A stretch of DNA of 64,000 nucleotides from an uncultured delta proteobacterium (lineage in GTDB: Bacteria > Myxococcota_A > Polyangia > Polyangiales > Polyangiaceae), in assembly GCA_963841435.1 (NCBI GenBank), contig CAWJCS010000002.1, forward strand, positions 736,001-800,000, in the 5' to 3' direction. Every line of letters starts with the position of its first letter. The stretch's first letter is position 1. A program made the translations under genes and the position numbers. The notes under the pieces were generated by a model, which was not told where the DNA came from, did not search any database, and saw nothing but the letters and a program-made list of their open reading frames with translations. This document shows, in pieces, positions 10,380 to 19,340 of this stretch.

Positions 10380-12768
10380 GCAACCCTTGCTTCCGAGTCG
10401 GCGGCCGCCTCGTTCGGCGCCTGGCGCGCGCCGTCGCGCACGATGTCCTCACCGCGCACGGTCACGGCGAAGACGGTGCGGCTATCGCGGCGCTGCGCCG
10501 CGATGCTCCAGCCGTGCGCGCGCACGAGCCGGTGCGTGATGGCGAGGCCGAGGCCCGTACCGCGTGGCTTGGTGGTGTACCAGGGCGCGAACAGTCGCGA
10601 CGGGTCGCCCACGTAGCCCGGGCCCTCGTCCCACACCGAAAGCTCCCCGCCGCCGCCCGCCGCGCGCCACGCGATGCCGACGCGCCCATTCGGGCCGCAC
10701 GCCTCGAGCGCGTTGGACATCAAGTTCACGAGCACCTGAGTCATCTTGTCCGGATCGCAGCGCAGGGTCGCGTCCGCTCCGAGTCCGAGCTCGATGTGCC
10801 GGTTGCCGAGTGCATCCCCGAGCAGCGTTTCCACGCGCCCGCAGAGCTCCGACACCGGCGTTGGCGCCCGCTCCAGACGGTGAGCGGCCATGCGCTTCAA
10901 CCCCGAGACCAGCCGCTCCAGACGATCCACTTCTTCTCTGCCCACGTCGATGTCGTCGGCCGTCAACGCCACGCTGCGGGAGCCACGCTCGAAGACGCTC
11001 CTGAAGTAGTTGATGGGGTAGCGCACCTCGTGCGCGATCTCGGCCGCGACCGTCTCGACGAGGGCTTCGCGCTCGCCGCGCCATGCCTCTGCCTGCCGGC
11101 GCCGCCGCTCCTCGAGCTCCTGGTAGGCGTGGGCATGGGCGAGCGCGAGCCCACCGTTGTTGGCGATCGTACGCAAGAGATCGATGTCGTCGCTCGTGAA
11201 GAGCGCGCCGCCCCGCTTCGCTCCCGCGTCGAGCCAACCGAACGGTTTGCCGCCGAAAGTGACCTCGAGCCTGAGCTCGGCGTCGCTCGGGCGCGGCGGC
11301 TCGTCGGTCTCGACGCCGGCGCCGGTCGGGCCCTCGCCCGACGCTGGGCCCTCTGCGTCGGCGACGGTGGACCTCCGCGGTGCCGGCGCGAGCGTGAGGT
11401 GAATGTAGTCGCAGGGCAACCAGCGACGCACGGTGCGCTCGATGGCCTGGGTGACCTCTCTCGGCGAGGTGAGCGTCGTCAGCTCCTCGCTCAGACGGTC
11501 GATCGTGGGTTTGTACTGTGAGCGCGACCGAAACAGCGTGAAGTCGCTGACGCGCAGCGCCGAGACGACGAGCACAGCGGCCGCCACGCCGCCGCCCGCG
11601 GCACCGGCCAGCGCATCACGGAAGCTCGCGCCCATCCACGTCGCGAGCGCACCGCCCACGGCGATGGCGAGTGCGCAGGCGAGCGCGCCGACGAACAGGC
11701 TCGTGCCGACGCGAGACAGCAACGCACGACTGCCCCAAAGGTCATAACGCACGAACGCGTACAGGCTCGCGACCGGCGCGAGTAAAAGCGCGGGGAAGAC
11801 GATGGCGTCGGGAAAGGACTTAAGGAGGCCGAGCGAAGTGAGCACGCCCCAAACAGCGACCCCGGTGTAAGCGGGCACCATCGACAGGAGGAGGGCACGT
11901 AGCGTGTCGCGCTGTTCGCCGCGCGACTGGCCGTAGCGAAAGAGAAACCCCGCCACGAACGCTACGAACGAGAGCCCCAGCAAGAGCGTGACGAGGCTCT
12001 GAATCGGCCCGGTATCGCGCCCGAGCAGGTAGGATCCGGTCAGCGTGAGAGCGAAGCAGAGGGCGATCGCCTGGATCAGCGTACGGGTCCAGGGGTGCTT
12101 CCTCACGACGGCGACCGTCGTCGGCAGCTCCAGAACGAGAAGCACGACCACGAAGGGGAGGATGGCGAAGGCCGAAAAGAAAATCGGCGTCAGCGTTCTG
12201 GTCGTGTGAACGTTGAAGAGTGTGAGCAGGAAAAGTCCGCTCGTGACGCCGAACTTGGCGAACGCCCGTGACAACGCGCCACGCGGTCGCGCCCAGAGTG
12301 CGAGCAGACCCGCGCTAGCGTAGACCACGCCGCTAAAAAGAAAGCTGCCCGCGTAGAGCCACCAGCCGATGGGGGAAAGCGGCTGGAGGGCCAGGCGGAC
12401 GACTTCTTGGTCGAGCTACGCTCGACGACGGCATCGAGGTAGCCGACCTTCGCCGCCTCCACGACGGCGGCATCCCACGCGGTGGCCCGGGCCAGGCTTC
12501 CCGTGACCCCTTCCGCCCCCACGGGCAAGACCCGATCAGGAAATTTCAGGCCCAGTCGTCGTCCCGCCCAGTCGTCGAGGCCTAGGCTGGACACCGAACC
12601 GCCCGGATCGACCAGGACGCCCGGGATCGGACGACCATACCAGGTCAGCGCATCGCGGACGGCAACACAGGTCAGCGCGACCAGGAGGCTCGTGAGCACG
12701 ACGATGGCAAGGGTGACCCGCGGTCCGGCGGCATGGTCGTGATCGGCTTGGGGCACGTTGCCCAGCAT
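10376..12768 (-). CDS. Membrane sensor histidine kinase (TM + PDZ-like loop + multi-TM + GAF-like + HisKA/HATPase), one frameshift near 12416
   Basis: The 12190..12768 frame gives TM1 and a PDZ-like stretch (AGRRLGLKFPDRVL...VVER). After a missing base it continues LDQEVVRLALQPLSPIGWWLYAG into 10376..12328, with several TM helices, F-x-x-DDIDLLRTIA, AHEVRYP, NLMSNA, DEGPG, TTKPRGTGLGL. AGGAG RBS upstream. Confidence 0.9.
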
Positions 12769-12786
12769 ACGCGCGCTCCTGCACGC

Positions 12787-12814
12787 CTTCTAGCCGAGCA
12801 CGAATGGGCGTCAA
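12787..12814 (-). promoter_or_regulatory. Putative sigma-70-like promoter for the kinase/regulator pair
   Basis: Minus strand TTGACG-N16-TAGAAG in the 47-bp gap between the S8 stop and the kinase ATG, followed by AGGAG. Confidence 0.45.
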
Positions 12815-12815
12815 T

Positions 12816-14693
12816 TCAGCCCGATCCGGCTCTCAAAGAGCCCGGGTCGGCCGGTCGCTCTGCCTCGCTGGCCGGGACGACTCCGGAGCGGTGCGCTTGG
12901 GTGTTTGGCGCTCGCCCCCACTCGGCCGCGTCGACGAGCTGCCGGAGGATGGCCTCTTCGAGGGCACCCTCAGCCTCCGCCGACGAGCGGGCGCGCAGCG
13001 CCACCTCGAGGCCCAAGAGAGCCTCCTTTCGCGTGCCGCTCGGGTCCGCGTCGGAAAGGACGCGCAGCAATAGCCCGAGCTGCCGGAGCAGGTGGCCCCG
13101 AGGCTGAACGCCGAGCCGTTCCGGATGCCGCGCCCAGACTCGCGCCGCGCGCAGCATGCTCGCGAGCGCGTGGGCCGCGGTCGAATCGCGCATGATGACG
13201 CAAACCGCAAATTGCCACACCGCCCGCGACGTACCCGGGGCAAGCGGGGCGCCACGCGACGCTTCGACGAAAGCCCGGGCAGCGTGGTGTTCTCCCATGC
13301 GCACGAGTGAGAGGGCCACGGGGTCGGTCGCGGCAAGGCAAGCGGTGGTCGCGCTCAAGCGGCCGTACCCGTGCTTGGCATTGTGGCCGTCGTCATCGCT
13401 GCCCAGGGGCTCGAAGTCGCGGCGATCGGCGAGCCCGTGCTCAAAAGCTCGCCCCGACGGATCGAGAGCAACGCTCGTTTCACGGAGCAAGCAATCCACG
13501 TCGGGCAAAGTGAGCAGCGGATTCGTCGCAAGCAGGAGCAGGAAGACACCACTCGCGACGCCGGACGCGCCGCTGGACTCCGCGTGCCATGCCCGCTCCT
13601 CTTCAGCGAACGGGTAGGCCATGTCGTCGCCCGGAGCGAGGAAGCGCACCGACGGACCGCGATTCGCGAATGGCCTCAGGCGCCCGCGTCGGTCGAGCCA
13701 GAGGAACCAGCCACCGTCGCGGGCGCTCGGCCCGATGCAGAATACGCGAGGATCGGCCGCGGGCTCACCCAGGCCGAGGCTGAGGCTCGAATGGACCGAA
13801 TCGTGTGGGCTCGACATCTCGCGGCCCGTGGGCATCACGACGACGGTGCCGCGTCCGCCGCGCCCAACGCGCACCGCGAGCTCGAGCGCGTCGTCGAGCA
13901 TGGGGCTGGTTTGCCCCTCGACGTACGTCGCGCACACGATGACGTCGGCGCCGTCCTCGACGGCGCGCGCGATGGCGAGCGGTAGCGTCCACACGTCGTT
14001 GCCCGGCTTGGGAATGCAGTAGAAGCGGGGGGACGCGTCGGGAGCGATGCCCGAGAAGCGCTTCCCGTTCGCAGCCGTCGCTCCTACCGCCCAGCCGAGC
14101 ATCAGTGCGGCGTGCGAGTGCGACCGCGGTATCGCAGCGACGGCGACGGGCACCTCCGCCTCGAGCGGGATGCGCTCGAGTTCGAGCCCGTCGTTGTCGA
14201 TCACCGCGAGTCGCGTGCCAGCACCGGTCCCGCAAAAGCGGCGGTTAACGTCCGCACCCTTCGCCCGAAGGAACCAGCGCCAGGGCGTGTCGGCTTCGAC
14301 GAGCTCCGTTGGCCCGCGCGCGGGCCAGTCGCGCGCTTGTCGTCGGGCGCGCGTCACGCAGAAATCGAGGCGCGGGGGAAGGGTCTGCGTGCCGCGCCTC
14401 GCCGAGGTGACGTAGCGCACGCGAGCGGAGCCTAGACGGCGAGATACCTCCCGGCGATCGAGCTTCTTCGAAGACTCGACCCGCGTCCAAAAGATCGGGT
14501 GATTGCTGAACAGGGGCGTCACTGCAACGTCGGGGGCGAGGTCCGAAAGCGCGCGAGTGACCTCCACGGGATCGATGTCCTCGCAGGTCGCAACGACGAG
14601 GTCCTGCTCCGGTTGGCCCTCGTCGCCACCCCCATCGGGATCGGCGCGTAGTCGAAGTCCCAACTCGGGTCCGGGTCCGCCCGCGCCGCTCAC
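12816..14693 (-). CDS. S8 (subtilisin-like) serine peptidase, divergent
   Basis: GAGTRLAVIDND (Asp), HSHAALMLG (His), FLAPGDD...ESSGASG (Ser), HNAKHGYGRL. GTG start at 14693 overlaps the upstream TGA (GTGA); the track's 15302 start lies inside the upstream gene. Confidence 0.82.
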   Translation of the reverse strand: MSGAGGPGPELGLRLRADPDGGGDEGQPEQDLVVATCEDIDPVEVTRALSDLAPDVAVTPLFSNHPIFWTRVESSKKLDRREVSRRLGSARVRYVTSARRGTQTLPPRLDFCVTRARRQARDWPARGPTELVEADTPWRWFLRAKGADVNRRFCGTGAGTRLAVIDNDGLELERIPLEAEVPVAVAAIPRSHSHAALMLGWAVGATAANGKRFSGIAPDASPRFYCIPKPGNDVWTLPLAIARAVEDGADVIVCATYVEGQTSPMLDDALELAVRVGRGGRGTVVVMPTGREMSSPHDSVHSSLSLGLGEPAADPRVFCIGPSARDGGWFLWLDRRGRLRPFANRGPSVRFLAPGDDMAYPFAEEERAWHAESSGASGVASGVFLLLLATNPLLTLPDVDCLLRETSVALDPSGRAFEHGLADRRDFEPLGSDDDGHNAKHGYGRLSATTACLAATDPVALSLVRMGEHHAARAFVEASRGAPLAPGTSRAVWQFAVCVIMRDSTAAHALASMLRAARVWARHPERLGVQPRGHLLRQLGLLLRVLSDADPSGTRKEALLGLEVALRARSSAEAEGALEEAILRQLVDAAEWGRAPNTQAHRSGVVPASEAERPADPGSLRAGSG

Positions 14694-15655
14694 GTCAGCA
14701 CCTCGGCCGCCCACGAGCCGAGCTTGATGGCGCGCACGACGTACCCGGCGTGGCGATCTTCCAGCGGCAAAAGGGCGTCGAGGCGGACTTGGCGTTGCTC
14801 TGCCCAGCGAGCGAGCGTGTCGGCGCCGAGCGCTCGTGCGTGGCGCCAGGCGGTTCGGTACTGATGCCGTGCGTCCCGCAACATCAGGTACAAGACACGC
14901 ATCCCTAGCACCCGGCGGCGAACGATGTCGGGCTCCGTGGGGCGCTCGTTTTTGGGGTCCTGTTTCACTGCCTCGAGCCGCCGCCTCGCGAGCGATACCG
15001 CCCACGCGCCGCCGCCGCGCCGCCAATCGTCCTCCCAGTCCCCGGCATCGTCCTCGAACTGGAGGCCGAGCCAGACACCCGCGAGCAGGCGGTGGACCTG
15101 CTCGACCTGAATGGGAGAGGCACCCGACGCGCGAGCCAGCGCGAGCGTGGCCGGAAAGCCAACTGCCTGTTTCGCGAGTGAGATGCGCCGATAGTCGCCG
15201 AACGTGACGGCAGCGATGCGACTCAGTAGGGCGTGCTCTTCGAGGATTGCCTCGCTGGTTTCTCGGTCTGCCGCTTCCGCGAGCGCCACGGTGTCCGGGC
15301 ACAGCTCCGCCAACAATCGATCGCGACCGCTCCGGAGCTCGGCAAGGAGCAAGAGCAGCTCCGGGGTGGGACTGATTTGCCGGTCGGCGACGCGGTCCGT
15401 GCCGAATGCTTCGATGACCGACAAGGCGTGTGCAAGCACGGCAAGACGGACGTGCTCGGGGCGCGCCATGGGGAACGCCTCGGCGACCAAGCTCGGCGCC
15501 TCGAGCGTTACCGCGTGGTTGAAGACATCGCTCCAGGCCTTACCGCTGACCGGGGCGAGCCCCAACAAATGCGGAAGGTCGCGGGCAATCCCGCGCAGTG
15601 CAGGAGGTAGCGCATTCGCGTAGCCCGCGTAGAGCGCGTCTATCATGGATGTCAT
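14690..15655 (-). CDS. Class I isoprenoid-synthase-fold protein (polyprenyl synthetase/ComQ-like prenyltransferase)
   Basis: FARM-like AHALSVIEAFGTDRVADRQ, KT-like DYRRISLAKQA, SARM-like GLQFEDDAGDWEDD; predicted all-helical. Confidence 0.78.
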   Translation of the reverse strand: MTSMIDALYAGYANALPPALRGIARDLPHLLGLAPVSGKAWSDVFNHAVTLEAPSLVAEAFPMARPEHVRLAVLAHALSVIEAFGTDRVADRQISPTPELLLLLAELRSGRDRLLAELCPDTVALAEAADRETSEAILEEHALLSRIAAVTFGDYRRISLAKQAVGFPATLALARASGASPIQVEQVHRLLAGVWLGLQFEDDAGDWEDDWRRGGGAWAVSLARRRLEAVKQDPKNERPTEPDIVRRRVLGMRVLYLMLRDARHQYRTAWRHARALGADTLARWAEQRQVRLDALLPLEDRHAGYVVRAIKLGSWAAEVLT

Positions 15656-15715
15656 CGAGGGAGACGATTCGGTCCGAGGAAAGTTGTCCCCCCCTCGGTG
15701 AGCGCGCTCAATCAG

Positions 15716-16036
15716 TCAGTAGCCGTTCGACTCCTTCCAGGGAGAGATCGCGACGTTGATCCGCTCGTTGACGACGATGCTCCGCCAGAGAACCACCTGG
15801 GCGGCGCTGAGCTCCTCGAAGTCACCGCAGACCCAGTCCGTGATGCGGGCGTTCAATTGCGCGCGCACGCGACGTGCGTCGTCGTTCTCTTCGGTGGCGT
15901 CTTCGGTCGTAGGATAAAGAGCGAGCAGCTGCTTGAATTCGTCGAAGCGGTTCTGATCTTCCAAAAGTGAAATGTAGAGGCGGCGAAGCTGAGCGTGGGG
16001 GTCGGTGGCGTGCATTTGGGTAGCGACGGCGGTCAT
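15716..16036 (-). CDS. 106-aa small protein, candidate precursor peptide ending ...VAISPWKESNGY
   Basis: ATG at 16036 preceded by AAGGAG; non-shadow amino-acid composition; first gene of the co-oriented cluster. Confidence 0.8.
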   Translation of the reverse strand: MTAVATQMHATDPHAQLRRLYISLLEDQNRFDEFKQLLALYPTTEDATEENDDARRVRAQLNARITDWVCGDFEELSAAQVVLWRSIVVNERINVAISPWKESNGY

Positions 16037-16097
16037 TGGGTGGTTTTTCTCCTTGATGCATGCGGGTGAGAGCCCGCACTGCTGGCCCCCCCAGACG

Positions 16098-16113
16098 TGC
16101 AAGGATCGTGCAC
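16098..16113 (-). promoter_or_regulatory. Sigma-54 (-24/-12)-like promoter upstream of the peptide gene
   Basis: Minus strand GTGCACG-ATCC-TTGCA against consensus TGGCACG-N4-TTGCW: correct spacing, but TG replaces the conserved GG; about 62 nt upstream of the ATG. Confidence 0.55.
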
Positions 16114-16177
16114 ACGTCGTGACCTCCAGGAAGCACCCGCATTTGCGCGGATCGCGTCGCGCGCGCCGGTTGACGCT

Positions 16178-16214
16178 GGTCGGATCCGGCCAAGCGCGGG
16201 GTCGGATCCGGCCA
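16178..16214. promoter_or_regulatory. Two identical 15-bp near-palindromic boxes (GGTCGGATCCGGCCA), 22-bp period; candidate enhancer (UAS)
   Basis: Copies at 16178-16192 and 16200-16214 with palindromic core CGGATCCG; about 90-125 bp upstream of the inferred sigma-54 start site. Confidence 0.65.
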
Positions 16215-16267
16215 CTCGTCGCCGCATCGCAACGTCGCTACGCTCGCGTGCGAGTCAGCGCGTGCCG

Positions 16268-16576
16268 ATGCCCGTCCTGTTGTTCGTCTACGGATCCCTC
16301 ATGCGTGGGGGGAAACATCACGCCGAGCTCGCCGATGCGCGTTTCGTCGGGCCAGCTGCGACCGAGCGCCGTTGCGGCGTCGTGCGGGTCGCGGAGTATC
16401 CGGCGCTCGTGCCCGGAAACGACGTAGTCCCCGGAGAGCTCTACGAAATCGACGAGACGAGCTTGCTCGCGCTCGATGCTTTCGAGGGCGAAATGTACCG
16501 TCGCGACACCGTAGCGCTCGACGACGGCCGCGTGGTGCTGGCCTATGTTCTCGCCGCCGCCGCGGGGCCGTATTAG
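16268..16576 (+). CDS. Gamma-glutamylcyclotransferase (GGCT/AIG2-like) family protein
   Basis: [26 protein letters not shown]-x-x-Y-x-R motifs. Confidence 0.88.
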   Translation: MPVLLFVYGSLMRGGKHHAELADARFVGPAATERRCGVVRVAEYPALVPGNDVVPGELYEIDETSLLALDAFEGEMYRRDTVALDDGRVVLAYVLAAAAGPY

Positions 16577-16586
16577 GCCCTCACCC

Positions 16587-17439
16587 ATGAGGCTGATTCG
16601 CTTCGGCGCTCCCGGTAACGAGCGTCCCGGCGTGCTCGTTGGGGGCGATCGGCGCGACGTTTCCGAGGTATTTCGCGACTGGGATCGCGACTTCTTCGAG
16701 AGCGACGGGCTTGCGCAACTTGCGCAGCTTCTCGCACGCAGCGTCGCGACGTTGCCCGTCGTCGATGCGTCCGAGCGCTGGGCGTCGTGCGTGGCGCGAC
16801 CCGGCAAGGTGCTCTGCATCGGGCTCAACTATCGCGACCACGCGCGCGAGTCGGGTGCGGAGCTTCCCAAGGAGCCGGTGCTGTTCCTCAAGGCCGCCAA
16901 CACCGTCGTCGGTCCGTACGACGACGTTCAGGATTCCGCGCAGCAGCGCGAAGACGGATTGGGAGGTCGAGCTCGGCGTCGTCGTCGGCAAGCGTGCTCG
17001 CTACGTGCCTTCGGCGAGCGCGGCCCTCGAGCACGTCGCAGGCTACACGATCTCGCACGATGTCTCCGAGCGCGAGTTCCAGCTCGAGCGCGGTGGGCAG
17101 TGGACGAAGGGGAAGTCGTGCGACACCTTCAATCCGCTCGGGCCGTACCTGGCCACGCCTGACGAGGTGGGCGATCCTCAGGCTCTCGCGCTCGGTCTCG
17201 ACGTGAACGGCGTGCGCCGCCAGTCCGGAAATACGCGGGATATGGCGTTCGGGGTGGCCGAAATCGTTCGCTACGTGTCCGAGTTCATGACGCTCGAGGG
17301 CGGCGACGTCATCAGCACGGGGACGCCGGCGGGCGTCGGGCTCGGCATGAAGCCGCCCGTCTACCTGAAGAACGGCGACGTGTGCGAGCTGTTCGTGGAA
17401 AAGCTCGGCACCCAGCGCCAAACGTTTCGGAGCGAGTGA
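16587..17439 (+). CDS. Fumarylacetoacetate hydrolase family protein, one +1 frameshift near 16931
   Basis: [17 protein letters not shown] in the first frame; [32 protein letters not shown] in the second; deleting one G of GG restores DDVQIPR. Confidence 0.9.
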
Positions 17440-17458
17440 CCGAGCGCTGGCTGGGACT

Positions 17459-19168
17459 TCAGTCCTCGCCCAGCCAGGGAGCGAGGTACTTCGAGGTGAA
17501 ACGCGCGAAGGCGCGCGCCATGACCTCTTGGTACACTTCCTCGGGAGGGACCTCGCCGGCCTCGATGCGACGCCGTTCGGGAGCGAGCCACGCCGTGTGC
17601 TTGAACGTGTCGGGCGGCTCCTTGTCGGGCACGCTGAGCGTCGCCTCGGCGACGAGGCCGACGCCCGCGAAGATCGCGCGAGGCTTCTTGGTCACGAACG
17701 CGCCCGAGATCTCGAGGCGGTAACTCACGAACAGTGTCGGCACCTCGAAGCTGGGCGTGGATGTGCCTTCGACGGGTGGGCCGAGCTCGAAGTGCAAGAG
17801 GTCGGCCGGGAACACTTCGGCAAAGCCCGCAGTGAGCTCGTCGGCCGCGGCCTTTTCGGCCTTCCTGACCGGGGCGCCCACGAGGTAGCGGGTGGGCAGC
17901 GTCTTCTGCCCGCCGTAGTAGGCGCTCGCCGTGATCAAGTGCTCGTTCTTCTCGAGCGTGCGCGACTCGCGCTGGGCGAAGCGGATCTGAGCCTCGGGGC
18001 CGTGTTGATCCGCGTAGACGATCAAGCGGCGCGCGAGCAGCCATTCCTCGCGAGTGGGCTTGTGCTCCTTTTGGAAACGATCGAGGACGCCCGACAGGTA
18101 GGCGAAGCGGGCCTGCGGTAGCTCGGGCACGAGCGGGAGGTGTCGGGCGTGTCGCTTCTCGAAAGCGCGGAACGCCGTGATGGTGTTCTTCTTCTTCGTT
18201 TCCTCGAGCGCCGCGAGCAGCGCCGTGCGCAACGCTGCTTGAACCTCGGTCTGGATCTTCGAGCCTGGATGGCCCTCCATGTACCGCTCGATCGCTTCGA
18301 CCGAGTGCGCCGCGATCGCCTCGCGGAGCTCGGCACGCGGTAGGAGCAATTCGGTCACGTCGCTCCGCTTGCCGCCGCGCGAGAGATAGGCGCGGTAGCC
18401 CTCGACGCTGTCCTTCTGCCGTGCCACGGCGTAGATGGCTCGCTCACCGAGCGTGTTTCGCACCGCGAACGAGGCCACGCCGAGCAGCCCTAGCGCCACG
18501 AGCACCAAGACCGGCCACAGCACGAGCTTCTTGGGCGCGAGGGGCCGCATGGACTCCGACGGAGAGAACGGGTTTCTGAAACCGTTGTCGCGTAGCGGAT
18601 TGAGCAGCACCAGGTCGCGCTCCTCGAGCGTCCCGGTCCCCACGCGTTCTTTGAGCTCGGTCACCCGTTGCTCGAGCTCAGCGAGGTTCATGCTCGGCCC
18701 GACGGGGAAGGTGAAGCTGCCGCCGACGAATTCGAAGCTTGCACGACCCGGCACGATGGAGTGCTGCTTCAGATCCTCCCAGCCGTGCTGCACCAGGTGG
18801 GCGGAGCGTGCGTTGACGACACCGATCGGGAAGAGGTACGTGGTCTGTACGAACGGCAGCCGGGCGCGGCGGGCGACGCTGCGGCGTGCCATGAGCGCCG
18901 CAATGCCGGCCAGCACCGGCAGGGCGACGTGCAGGATCCCCATCCAGCGAGGCTGCACGGCGAGCGAGCTCTCGAGCTTTCCGTAGCCGAGCCCCGCGAG
19001 GTAGAGCCAGGCCGCGGCGAGCAGCACGGCGAGCAGCACCCAGCGCCATGCGCCGAGGGGCACGGCCTGCTTGCCGACGAGCAGCGGCGGCACGCCCAGG
19101 CCGCGGCTTGCGTTGACGAAGCGCTCCTGGACGGGACGCTCGAGCTTGTAGAATTCGAGGCGCTTCAT
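17459..19168 (-). CDS. Hypothetical membrane protein (about 3 TM, large soluble C-terminal part)
   Basis: 569-aa ORF with ordinary composition and hydrophobic segments; short helical repeats (SVEGYRAYLS, SVEAIERYME, TITAFRAFEK). Confidence 0.72.
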   Translation of the reverse strand: MKRLEFYKLERPVQERFVNASRGLGVPPLLVGKQAVPLGAWRWVLLAVLLAAAWLYLAGLGYGKLESSLAVQPRWMGILHVALPVLAGIAALMARRSVARRARLPFVQTTYLFPIGVVNARSAHLVQHGWEDLKQHSIVPGRASFEFVGGSFTFPVGPSMNLAELEQRVTELKERVGTGTLEERDLVLLNPLRDNGFRNPFSPSESMRPLAPKKLVLWPVLVLVALGLLGVASFAVRNTLGERAIYAVARQKDSVEGYRAYLSRGGKRSDVTELLLPRAELREAIAAHSVEAIERYMEGHPGSKIQTEVQAALRTALLAALEETKKKNTITAFRAFEKRHARHLPLVPELPQARFAYLSGVLDRFQKEHKPTREEWLLARRLIVYADQHGPEAQIRFAQRESRTLEKNEHLITASAYYGGQKTLPTRYLVGAPVRKAEKAAADELTAGFAEVFPADLLHFELGPPVEGTSTPSFEVPTLFVSYRLEISGAFVTKKPRAIFAGVGLVAEATLSVPDKEPPDTFKHTAWLAPERRRIEAGEVPPEEVYQEVMARAFARFTSKYLAPWLGED

Positions 19169-19340
19169 CGTACGACGGGCCGGAAGGGCCCGCGAGAATC
19201 GAGACTTACGACACTAGTCTCCATTGGGGCCCCCCTGCGAGGCAAGATCGTCGTCGGCGGCGGGGCGCGTGAAAAAGGGCTGCGGGGGGGCGCCCCTGCG
19301 GCCCCTGATCGCCGCGCCACGCTATGCTCGTTGCCGCGGC

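Noticed and set aside
14694-15302. 203-aa N-terminal extension of the S8 ORF
   Set aside because: Arg-rich shadow frame inside the prenyltransferase gene; the GTGA overlap at 14690-14693 is the likelier start
16268-17439. GGCT and FAH genes as part of the peptide system
   Set aside because: Divergently oriented, common housekeeping families; nothing in the sequence links them beyond adjacency
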